A stretch of DNA of 64,000 bases from Leptogorgia sarmentosa (Eukaryota): positions 5,828,001 through 5,892,000 of the forward strand of contig OZ210884.1 of NCBI GenBank assembly GCA_964658305.1, in the 5' to 3' direction. The stretch's first letter is position 1. Every line of letters starts with the position of its first letter. The notes under the pieces are model-generated. The model was not told where the DNA came from, did no database searches, and was given only the letters and a program-made list of their open reading frames with translations. This document shows positions 12,482 through 25,200 of this stretch, in pieces. Position numbers and translations under genes: made by a program.

Positions 12482-15400
12482 ATGGGCTTTGGCGTGATTC
12501 TTCTGAGCGCTTATATAATCACATCATCAAACACTCCTAAAGTTTCAGCACAGACAACCTGTATTGAAGGACAACCTTTAGACAGTACGTACAATTACCT
12601 GAAAGTATTTTCTAAGAAGTTTTCATTGCAATAAGTACAATTTGACATTAGATATAATGTGTTCTGTTTCCTAAATACTAAGTATACACACCTGTAATTG
12701 CTCAATCTGACTTGGCGCGCGAAGATTATTTACGGTCAAAATAGTTGCCATGCGACACTTTTCATAATACCTGAATGATGTCATAGGCAGCCTTCTTATT
12801 TAATTATTAAACATGCATAAATTGCATTTATCTATTTATATAAAATTATGGCATTTATATCCTGAAGAATTTTCAGGGGACATAATTTCGAATAAAAATT
12901 ACGGTTGAAAATTTGTTTTGAACATTTAGAGATTTTCTCGATGCTCATGCCTGGCTGATTTGTGAGGACGTGCCAGATCTTTTTACAAACTTTTCATATC
13001 TATTGCTGCAGTTTTGCAATTATTATTTAACCGTTATTTACTTTCAGACCAAACTGCGCCATTTGTGAACTTCACGGTACAGCCATCTCTTATTATACCC
13101 GAATTTACACCAATTACTGTTGAATGTGATGCAGCCAATGGATCTACTTCATTGCCCCCTGTGAAGATCACGATTCGTGTAGGTATATACACAGGACGAG
13201 CATGCGAAGATGGCGGCAATCCAATTTACCGATGCGTTTACAACCTTCGAAGTTATTTCCCCGGTCTACCGCGGAGAATTAGCTGCACTGCTGAAAATGC
13301 TCGTGGTGATTGCCATCGTCAGAGTGCCACTGTTACTCTCACACCAATAACAAGTGAGTCAAGGTTAAAATAGACCTATCAGGACCATTTCAGGGTATTT
13401 TCAGGGGAGCATAAGGTCATTTCAATCACGAATGCGGTGGTAACTATATGGTATATAAAGTGCTATGGTATTTCATATTTTGTGCTCAGTGAAGCTCAAA
13501 GCAAACCATTTTAAAAATACTTTCATGCAACAGTGATTTCGTTTTCAATGCCACACGCGTAATTATTTATGTGTGCTCCGGTTTTTTGAGACATTCTGTA
13601 TAATACAAAGAAAGATCATAGTCTACATGTAATAAACTGTACTTAAAAGTGATGAAGAACATGTTCGCGCCCAAAGAATGAAAATCGCGCCTGTAAAATA
13701 TGTAAATATACAGTGTCAATACGGTTGAACTTCATGTGAATGCTATCTATAAATGTGAATGTGTGAATTATCCCAGCAGTGTTGGCTCTTCACTAACTGA
13801 TTCTTCGAACCTTTTCTTAACATTGTAACTACAACAACAACTGCACCTCCAACAACTCCGATCACTAATGATATGTTTTCAGGGGCCGAACTATAGAGCG
13901 TTCTTTGTGGAAGACCTTAATTTGAATAATTAGGTAAATTTAGGTAAATTTTTATACCAAATTCAGGATATAAGCTTACAAGGGCTGGTGGTAAAGAAAA
14001 AAAACAATGATACCATCATGCTTTGCGTAGCGTAGTGTATAAATAACTTTTGAACAAAAATGTTTTCCTAATTTCCATGCAGCTACGTACTATAACAGGT
14101 AGACTAGAAAATATTAATGCGTGCAATCTTAACGAGTTCGGTTTAATGACTGGTTTGTCGATCAAATACATTTATAGCAACAACAGAGTCAACAACAGTA
14201 GCTCCAACGACGCAGAGTTATACGACGACGTCACCTCCATCAACTACACCAACAGGTAAAAAATTAATTGAAACACTGCAACTAACCTCATCCGGAAACT
14301 AGTGCAGTGGAAACAGAAAAATAAGTTAAGTTACTATTACATGTGCAATGTCAACAAACTCTGTTTTATGACTGCATGTTTTGTCAAAAAACGTTATAGC
14401 AACAACAGATTCAGTGACAGCGGCCCCAACAACAAAGAGTGAGACGACGACATCATTTCCACCAACTAAACCTACAGGTAGGTTTTTAAAAATTGAACGC
14501 TGTTAAACAAATAATGATCTCATCCGGAGAATTTCATGTGATGCCAGATTTCTGCACTAATGTGATGCTGGATATACTACACTGAAATGACCCAATCACA
14601 GTCGAGTAATTCTTTAATTAATATATAACACATTTTGTTACGACCTAACTCTTCCCAAAATTAGGAGAAAACGATGACTGGCTGCATGTGTGTTAGTTGT
14701 ATGTGTGTACCAATGCAGCTTTGAAACGATCTATAGTTGCGTTTATGTTTTCTTTCAGCGCTTGTTTTCTCACAATTTCAGTTGCCCCAGTTGTTCCAGA
14801 TCAAATCGGATGTGCAGAAGGCGAACCTTTACTTGGTAAGTTTATCAATACACCCTAAAAGTCCTCACGTCACGTCCTCGGTCACAAATGCAGTTTATCA
14901 TTTTTTTCCCAACATGTTTCCCACATTGCATTGCAATTAATTGTTTTAACACTGGCGTGTCTTTCAACACTGGCACTCCAAGGGCTTGCTAATTGGCAGA
15001 GGGAATATTGAAACAAGAACCAAAAAAGAGACAAAAGTTGCATATAAATTTCTATTGACATAATTCTCTACACAGGTTATTCGTGTGGATGAACATATAT
15101 TTCAATTACACTTTTCCTCTTTTTTAACCGCCGTATAGTTACTTCAATTAACACTTCTTATCATGCTAGACGTTAGCGATATATATAATGATGATGAAGC
15201 TGACAAATGTAGCTCAGCCATGCGAAATGCAACGATCTGAATTAATAGTAGTGTCTCTGCTGGCATATCAATTTTTGTTCAAATGTAACGCGAGAGTTTT
15301 TCAGTGTTCAAATGATCATCAAGTGCAGGCCTCGGATGAGGAGAGAGGACTGGGTTGCCAGCCCCCCCCCCCCACCCACTCCCCATTTCACTCAGCTGAA

Positions 15401-17706
15401 GTTTGTATGCATGGGCTGTTGGGTTGGCTTGTATACACATCCCGTTTCCGCCAAATGTTAATATATATCATGCAGCGCCGTCGCACAACATGTCTTAGTT
15501 AGGAAAAATGCAGCTGCGATGAAACGATCATATATAACGACAATCGCCAGAATAGCCTGTTAAAAACAGTTTCCTTTCCAGGTCAATTACAGCCAGATGT
15601 AAACCTGACAGTGTTGCCAGGCCTAACGTTTCCTCCCTTGAGCAATATCACCGTCATCTGTGCTCGAGGTCCTCCACGATTTCCAAATAGAACAACAAAC
15701 ATGAGCCTCCAGCTGGTACCTATTAACACCAAAATTTACATCAGTACATTCGAAGTGAAGGAGTGCGACGATATGAACCCATGTGTTTACACGCTGAGCA
15801 CGTTTTTTCCTAATCTACGACCGGTAATTAGCTGTACTGCCCGAAATATTGCTGGAGGCTGTCGTTTCAAAGTTTCACATATTACACTACAGCAGCAAGG
15901 TTTGTTTATTTTTAGCTAATTTCGCAAAATGTTTGTCGTGTTTTTGCAATAAATTTTCACATGCGCTTTAATGTGAAACAGTGATATTGTGAATTAATTG
16001 GCAAAATATGGAGCTGTTGTATTTTTCAATATTCTGGTCACAGTTTAATGTCAGATCGTTTGAAAAATGTAACCAAAACTTTACTGATTCTTTCCTGATT
16101 CTTTCCATGACAGTTTGGTTGCGTTATGGATTCTCCCATCTATTTAATTTTAAGTAAAATATATTTTCCACCTGTAATATGCAAAGTTTTCAAGGATTTT
16201 ATAGATATAAATTCTTCGTATGTTGGAATAGTGAAAACTATGAATTTTTCACTTATATAATTACTAAGGCAATATTCTTTTATTATTCAATATAATAAAT
16301 TACGTGGTGTATCTACAAAGCATAAATTCAAAGAAATCTGTACTGAATTTATTATAAGACTTCAGCGGTAGACATTAACGTCACTTGTAATGATAAAGTG
16401 ATATATTGTGCACTAATTCACAAACTGTTTCCTGAATAGCAACCACTACTTCGTCAAGTACGACAACGGCAGCAATATCAAGTACCCAAGCAACCACATC
16501 TACAACACAACCAACAACAGGTAGGTGATCGAATAAAAAATTAGCAGTTCTGCCAGACCTTATCTCCCTTATCTCCCTACCTATTGAACCTGCAATAGTC
16601 TATTTGGAGTTGCCAGATCATCTGAATTAGCCGAAAATTTTCACATCACTTGCTGTTTGTTTTTATTCCCATAATGGTTTTCTTCGGATACTTTTCTTCA
16701 CGACATCTGCGTATTTTCATTTCCTCAATAGCAACCACTACTTCGTCAAGCACGACTACGACAGCAACACCAACTACCTCAACAACTCCGCCAACACAAC
16801 CATCAACAGGTAGGTGCTCGAATGTGAAAAAAACCCAGTGTTTTGAGGCACCAACTACACCTCCCAATACGATGCAGGTCACCCCCCTGTTGAACCTTCA
16901 AAATACTTATCGGCGTTGCCACATCATCTTAATAAATTATCCAATTTTTTTTCCTATTTTTCATGTTCCTTTGCTTCGATTAACGGTTTCGTTACTTTAT
17001 AAATTCACGACATCTGCGTATTTTGATATCCTCAATAGCAACCACTACTTCGTCAAGTAAGACCACGACAACAACACAAACTACCTCAACAACTCCACGA
17101 ACACAACCAAGAACAGGTAGATGCACGAAACCAGCATTTTAAGAAAACGTTTTGATACATGTTTGAAGAACCCAATTATATACTAATAATATATGCCATG
17201 GGCACATTTTTCTAACATTTTGCTGTATTACTTTGTGATCTGCAATATATATTAAAATAAAGTATGAGTATATAGTATATAAAGTATAGATAGTTTAGTA
17301 TCCATGGACAAATTATCTAAATTTTACAAAATTGGAATTTTCAATTTCAGTCGAGTCCACGACAGCACCAGTTATGTCACCAATAGCAACGATAGTACCC
17401 ACAACCGAGAAAGGTAGGTTACCTACTTATGCAAGTAGGAGCATTTTGTAAAACTATAGCTTAATTGGTGGCGCTTTTGCGTGAAAAAATTACCGTTCTG
17501 ACGACATCTTCAATTATATGATTATTTATATTAATTATAATGATTATTTATATAATTACAAATTGTTGGATTGTGGCTTGCAAGACTTTTGTATATTTCT
17601 CAAGCTGTTTTTCCAGGCGCATTCTTTCTTTTTGAAATTAATAGATGAAGGGGAGAGTGATGAGGAAGAGGAGAGTGATGAAGATGAAAGTGTTGAGGAT
17701 GATTAG
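12482..17706 (+). CDS. IMA-2/3: probable two-Ig fusion gene (subtype B 5' half + subtype A 3' part), ~432 aa; alternatively two adjacent partial genes
   Basis: Exons 12482-12584 (MGFGVILLSAYIITSSNTPKVSAQTTCIEGQPLD), 13048-13353 (Ig-B), 14178-14255 and 14400-14477 (Thr-rich), 14782-14835 (VAPVVPDQIGCAEGEPLL), 15582-15899 (Ig-A), 16440-16520, 16732-16809, 17039-17116, 17351-17413 (Thr-rich), 17645-17706 (DEGESDEEEESDEDESVEDD*). All phase 1; sum 1299 nt, in frame. No acidic or stop exon lies between the two Ig exons. An in-frame ATG at 14745 could start a separate protein. Non-coding exon 1 donor at 11289. Confidence 0.7.
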
Positions 17707-18154
17707 GATGAAGATGTGAATGAAGAGGATGAAGAAAGTAATGAAGAAACTGAAAATAGTGATACTGATTGATGATATAGTTAACTTGTTACCTAATATT
17801 ATGCTCTCTGGGTGACTGAGGTTATACAACACAATGTTTTTAATGTTTGAATCAAGATATGAGATATTTCAGGTGGAATAATTTGCCATAAATCTAATTT
17901 ATTAATTAATGAAACATTAAACCAGAGCAGAACGCTCACCGAGTGACAGTGAAAAACACGCATATATATTTTTTAAAAACTTCTATAAATCAGGTGTCGC
18001 TATCATACCATAACTTTATTGTAACTATTGTAGATAAAATAATTCAATGAACAAAAGAACATGATCATGAATTTCGCGTCGTTTCGATTTCTTTTAACTT
18101 GTTCATCTTGCTTTGGGTTTATATCTCAGCACAGTCAAGCAATTTAGCTGAATA

Positions 18155-18320
18155 ATAACGAACAATTGCAGGAAGGATAATCTCACTACCTAAACAATAA
18201 AACAGATTCAACGTTTCGACCGAAGGGTCATTAATTTCAGACGAAGGCCCTTCGGTCAAAACGTCGAATCCGTTTTATCATTTAGGTAGTGAGATTATCC
18301 TTCCTGCTCTTGTTCGTTAT
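18155..18320. repeat. Long imperfect palindrome, probably a Penelope-like element remnant
   Basis: Arms gcaggaaggataatctcactacctaaa / tttaggtagtgagattatccttcctgc surround acgtttcgaccgaagggtc..gacgaaggcccttcggtcaaaacgt. Confidence 0.7.
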
Positions 18321-20927
18321 CCTTAGTGCTACCTACGCTGGCCACGTGTGCTGTTAGCTGAACAATATAATTTGAGCTAGTGACTGCTCATTCCAGCTCA
18401 CAGCACTGACAGCAGCATTCATTGCTTCATGCATTGCATTGCATGGAATGGATTCCAATTATTGATTGACGCAACAAATCATTGTCGACAGAATATTTTA
18501 TGAAAAATTTATGTTTGAGTTTTGTTTTTGCGAAGATTTGCTATTTGCTCGGTTCGCAAAGTTGTCTTTCATCATTGACTGGGTTTCAATCATGGGATAT
18601 ACGTTTAAGACGTAAAGGTCAACTCGAAAAAATCGTCATGTGTAGACACCTTGTCTTGGTTAAAAGATATAAATAAACAAGGAATCAACACAGTCATTGT
18701 TTGGGTCTAGTATCGTGACGTTGTTATCCGTTAAAATGACATTTGAATAAATTGCGCGTAAACAGGATGTGTGAAATCAAAATCAGGAAAATGAATAAGT
18801 ATATTATAGCCCGGTGTCTGACGTCAATACCAAGTCGTATTAATAAGGGCGAGGTTTATAGACATGCGGTTGCATTACGAAAACAGCTCAACCGCAAGTA
18901 TCATTTTTAATGGGCAGTTCTACGTCATAATATTATGAATTTATTATATCCTGTTTATTCCACACAAGTATTTTTCTCGTTAATTCTGTGGGAACCATTG
19001 TGGATAACAAAAGGAATTGCAAATCCGATATTGCCCTTCCATGCATTCGGTTCATATTTGCTGTAGTAAACAGAATGATGCAGCGAAAATATAGTGCATT
19101 AATTACTCAATAGTTGAACTAAATGTACTTCTATAATGCATAGTTTTGCATTGTTTCAAACACTGAACATAAAATTATCGCATTCTATCATAAGGTAGAC
19201 ATGTCTTTGAATTCCCGCACAAAGCTACATTATACGTGGCCACTGTGTGGCAATTTACCAACCCTCTGATTGTGTTCTTTCCAGTGTTTTAAGACAATCG
19301 AACTGTTTCGAATTTTTTCACACAAACATAGATCGATTTTCGTTCATTATTGATTACTTTTCTAGACTAATACTAAAAAGTAGGTTTTTTGGACTGGAAA
19401 TTATATAACACCGAAACTAGTCAGCTCTTTGTCCGCCAGTGAATCCTCGGCTCTGGCTTTCGCCATATATGTATGACTGTATGGTTTTCTGTGCCTTAGT
19501 GATTAAGTTGGCGTAATTGCAACTCATTGAATGACTGTGGGAAACAAACCAGAATCACCACACACGATTTTTTTCACACAGCCAGTACAACTGTATCATT
19601 TCCTGTTTTTCAATTTGATCTAGATCGATCTTGTATTCTCCGACCCTAACAAAATTTTTTCAGGCCTAGTGGAAGACAACAATAATGTCGAATTCTGCAT
19701 TCTAGTTGGGAAGTTTAAAATATAAAAACAAAGGACTATAAATAGCTGACCTAAATATTTTTACGGGCATTATATAGTGTAGAGGCGAACCAGCGGTTAG
19801 ACATTTTAAATGAGAGAGATTGAGCAATATGATTAGTAAGAAGTAAGAACGTAGCAGAAAACAAAACTATCCGTTAAGTTATAGCTCAGAGAAAAATTAG
19901 CTAGTTTATTACCAACATTTCAACGGTCACTTAAAAAAATGGCGTTGCGAGATTCAGTATTTTAGATAATTGAATAAACTTCTATACTTGGTATGGCTCG
20001 GAGTCATTAGACGATAGAAGTTATTAATTTGGATCAGAATTTGATTTAATCACGTTTCAGCTATACATTACAGGTATATTCCCGCAGTGAATTCAACGCC
20101 TGTTCCCGCCCTCTAATGAAAAATGCCACACAAATGCGTACTGATACCAAATTTGGAATACAAACAGCAAAAGAACATCCCACGATGAAAACAAATACTC
20201 CGATCCACTTAAGTTTGCGGTAAATATGTCCTCACTGTAAGTGCTTGCATATTGGCCTTAAAATTCGATACTCTTTTAAATTAGGCAAATCCGCCTGTCT
20301 TAGTCATTGCAGCATCGACGTTTAGAGATTCAACAAAGATCAATCACCCATCATTTTTGCCTTTCGTTCAAAAAAGAGAAGCAACTTTCCAGGTGAGGAG
20401 AACCAACTGCTCTTTAATTTTCAATACAGTCGCGGTATTAATGTAAATAACAGTCGTACGTATTAGTTCAATTAGCAATATTACGATTGTAACATCGGTC
20501 TGTCCGCAGTTTCGTGCTTCTAGTCCTCATTGTTCCGGTCGAAATATTCGTCTCTGTGTCGATTAATGTTCGTTTTCAGTTATTTTTAACATAATTCGTT
20601 GCTTCATGATGTTTGTTTACCCGAACTTTCACTTTATATTAAATATGAGGGATTGATATCACTGACAATGCATTATATTGAATGTCTTATCAATCAAGTG
20701 GTAAAAATGTGTGGCTTGCAGAGCTTTGTAAACACGACCATGTTTAACCAAAAATGCTTCTCATCTTATTGATTGCAAAGCTGCCTAGTAGCTAATATAC
20801 TAATATACTAATATAAGGCTCTGGAATGATTATTTTTAGTTTATTGTTTAAATAATGCGAGATCGCAGATTATGTCTGCATATGGTAAGGATTGGCTAAG
20901 CATAAGATGACAAAACTCGGCTCATAA

Positions 20928-20929
<2 letters not shown>

Positions 20930-20976
<47 letters not shown>
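20930..20976. repeat. (TA)n microsatellite, ~23 units
   Basis: Read directly from the sequence. Confidence 0.95.
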
Positions 20977-20977
<1 letters not shown>

Positions 20978-22228
20978 CCTGGTAGAATATGCAGCTGGTT
21001 TTCAGTATTGCATGCATCAAATTATAATACCGCGTTTCCATTGTCACCAAAATTGAAGCGAATTATAACAAATAATATTTAATAGAATTATAATTTGGTC
21101 ATGGATTTGATGATAGAGCATCCTCAGAGGAACCTAATTAATTCTAGCAATGCCACAAAAACTACAAGGGTCTCGATCGCGTATTTTCAACTGGGAATAA
21201 TTATTTTTATTGTTTAGTTTAATTATTTGTTTTTTCCCGCGAGCCAACAAACACTAAAAGGGGACGAGAAAAAGCAGCAAACTAGAAAAGAAATTGAAAG
21301 CAGCATATAAGCAACCTGTTGACTATACTGTAGGTTGTAAATTAGAAAGCGCGAAAAACGTATCATCCTATATCCACTCCAGCGACAAAAAATGATATTG
21401 TCCCAAATTAATTTACTCCCGCATCTTGCCAATCATAGATCCCATGCGGAGATCACAGAGAATGACCTAATTGTCTCACACAAACAGTATAAATGCTGCA
21501 TGCATGCCCCACGCCAACTTTTTTTTCATGCAGAGAATAGATTCGACCTCACATATAGCTACTATACCATATGCAAAATATAGATGTTGTTGGCCAACAC
21601 AGAGATTTTTTTACACATGTACAAAGAATAAATTGGTTGCCAGTAAATACGCAGGCAGCAGACGCGTGTTTTTTTTCACACGCACGCTTAATTACTGCAC
21701 GGGCTGCCTCTGAGAATAAAAATATTTTTGTAATGCAAAGATATTCGTTATTACAGTAAAAGCTGTAACAACCGACATTAACAACAAAAGAGTGATTTCT
21801 TTAGAGAGTACGTTTTTGGTTACACTTTGTTGGAAGTGTTGTTATCTATAATTACCGTTGTCCCAAAAAGAGATTTCCACTAACTGAGAGTAAATCACCA
21901 CCATCGTGGCCCCACCCAGAGATTATCTCACACAGAGAAAAAACATTTTCTTGTCAATTGGCTATGACGTGGTGTAGTCATTTGTATAGAAACTCAGAAA
22001 TCAGAAAAAAAATGAATTATAATTATCATTATGGGTAAATTCAACAATTTAAGAGTATCGAAATATGGATTTCTATTTGACAACTATTATTCCAATATAC
22101 TTTTCCATGTTTCAGATAGTTTACCCTATCACCTAGTTTAGGTTCCAATTACGTTTATAGAAACGTGAAATTCTAAAACTTCAAAACTTTGTTTATAGAA
22201 TAGCTGGGATCCACCGAACCAGGAAAAC

Positions 22229-25200
22229 ATGGGCTTTGGCGTGATTCTCCTGAGCGCTTATATAATCACATCATCAAACGCTCCTAAAGTTTCAGCACAG
22301 ACAACCTGTATTGAAGGACCACCTTTAGACAGTACGTACAATTACCTGAAAGTATTTTCTAAGAAGTTTTCATTGCAATAAGTACAATTTCACACCATAA
22401 ACGTGTTTTGTGTCTAATTCCCATATGAAATTAAGTATACATTACTGTAATTGTTCAACCTGACTTGGAGAAAATTATTTTAGATTAATTATGATAGCTA
22501 GTACTTTGTGTGTCAATTAACACTGCTTGCAATATACTTGACTTGTTTACATTTTACGATGTTATGCAAGTTTTTATCCTTGATTGAGCACTATAATTTC
22601 AGTTGTGCATTAAGAATTTAACCGTTATTTACTTTCAGACCAAACCGCGCCATTTGTGAACTTCACGGTACAGCCATCCCTGAATATAACCGAATTGTCA
22701 CCAATTACTGTTGAGTGTGATGCGGCCAATGGATCGACTTCATTGCCTCCTGTGAAGATCACAATTCGTGTAGGTATATACACAGGACGAGCATGCGAAG
22801 ATGGTGGCAATCCAGTTTACCGATGCGTTTACAACCTTCGAAGTTATTTCCCTGGTCTGCCGCGGAGAATTAGCTGCACTGCTGAAAATGCTGTTGGTGA
22901 TTGCCATCGTAGGAGTGCCACTGTTACTCTCAGACCTAGAGGTTAGTCAATTGTAATATAGGTCTATCAGGACGGGCAGCGTTGGTATGATATTAATAGG
23001 TGGATTTCATGGAATGCTGAATGTACATAGCGACGGAAACGCTTCATTTGCTGGTCAATTAATGCGAATACGTCTAGAACGGATATGGTATTGTGATACA
23101 TAGCTTATTTCGAAATTGCCATATGCAATTCACTGAAAAATGTGTTTGCACGTCTAGATTGCCCAATTCACCGCGGACACTGGAGGCTGCGTTTCGCCAA
23201 TGATAAATGCTTGCATTTGGCTGCATTTTCTAGTTCAAAGTGATGATAATTATTTACAAAATTTCCATGTTAAACAAGCGCGTGAATTATTGCAGTTTCC
23301 ATGAACAGATTATTTACATCTCATTTTTTAAAACCTTGTAGTTCCTCCTCCACCTCCAACTACAGCACCCACAACTCCAATTACTAACGGTATGTTATCA
23401 GGGGCAAAACCAGAGTGTTAATTTGGGGAGTGTCCAATTTCTTTTGAAATTAATTAATTAAAAAAACAACTGATTTCAAAGGAAATTCGTGAAATAAATT
23501 CAGTTCATTGTCAGGCTTAGATGACTAGCGTGGTCTTGTAATAGAGAATAAAGCTCTTTCAGCTGAATTGCATGCGTATAGTTATAAATAAGTAAATAAA
23601 CGGGAACAAGTACAATGATATGCATTTGAAAGAAAATGGTCATGGTGCGTTAGATTGTGAATGCAAGCAAGAATAGTCTACAATAATTCACTTCTTCAAT
23701 TCACTGAATTCTTCAGTGATGAGAGAACAAGTTAGTAAAGAAAATTAACGATCATATCTCCTGGAACTTCCACTGTATAACTGTATAGACACGCGGAAAA
23801 AGCGTTTACTAATTTCCCAACCACCATGCACCTGATACACTAGAAATACTTGAATAGTTACTATCATGTGCAATACTATAACAAGCTCAGTTTAATGACA
23901 GTTTTGTTACTTAATTACATTTGTATAGCAACAACAAGTCCAGCAACTGCAGCAACAACTGCAGCAACAACAAGTCCAGCAACTGCAGCAACAACTGCAG
24001 CAACAACAAGTCCAGCAACACCAGCAACAACTGCAGCAACAACGCAACGTGTGACGACATCGTCAACAGGTAGGTTTTTGAAAATTGAACTGCTGCAAAC
24101 AAATTGACTTCATCCGGAAATAAAAATTTTAAAAATCCAGTAATAGAAGACATTAATCGATATGCCTAAACCCGAAAAATTCACCACTGACTGAAATTCA
24201 AGCACTCCCGACGCCTCGATTTCGAGTGAGAAATTTTCCTGATGTGACTCGAAACCAGTTCCCATGCGACAAAGTAAATTCATTGCCCTGCCGATACTCG
24301 TTAGTTTTCCCCGTGTACTTGTAGCTTTTCTCTTCCGAAGTGGTAGCCAAAAAGAATCCTCCTGTTAATCATTCCTTTAGGGTAGCGAAGTATCGTATTT
24401 AGGTTAATAAATGGGAACAAGTATTATGATATGAAAACATATTTATATGAGTCACATCAATGTAAATGCAAACAAGAGCGAAAAATGTTTTCCTAATTTT
24501 CCAACTGTACTAAATAAATCTGGTACACTAGAAGAGTAGACTATTACATGTGTAATGTTGCATGACGAATTTAGTTTTATGACTGTTTTGTTAAAAATAT
24601 TTGTAGCAACAACAGATTCAACAACAGCAGCTCCAGAGACTGAGACGACGACGCCACCTCCACCAACTAAACGACCAGGTGGGTTCTCCGAAATTCAAAC
24701 GTTATAAACAAATTATTGTCCTCCCGAGTTTTCAAAAATCTTAAGCCAGGTTTACAGTGCAGTTATTTTTTGCCAGTACCTGGCATCGACCATATCTATA
24801 GCGAAAATGTTAACCATTTACATACCTTGCTTAAATCTCGCAGCACGAATATGGATTTCCCTATATTCATTTAATTATACTATGTCTATAGCTGAAAGTT
24901 AAGATGCCTTCGAAATCACATTAATTCTTGACATCACTAAGTAAAGTCTGTCCTATGTCCCCATGTTTCTTGAACACAATTATGGTTTTGAATAAAATAG
25001 TTTTCTAAGTTCGATTACAGAAGCTGACATCGCTAGCGCTGCACGAATTACGGGACAATTGGTAAAATTCAATAAACGATAAGGTCTACTAAAGTTGTTT
25101 TCAACTGTCTTCAATTTCAGTTACTTCAACAACTAAACAAGTTATTCCTCCAATAACCACGACATCACCAACAACTAAAAAGAAAGGTAAGCATGCAACA

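Noticed and set aside
23911..24153. Leu-rich minus-strand ORF that looks like a leucine-rich or TM segment
   Set aside because: Antisense of the Thr/Ala mucin exon.
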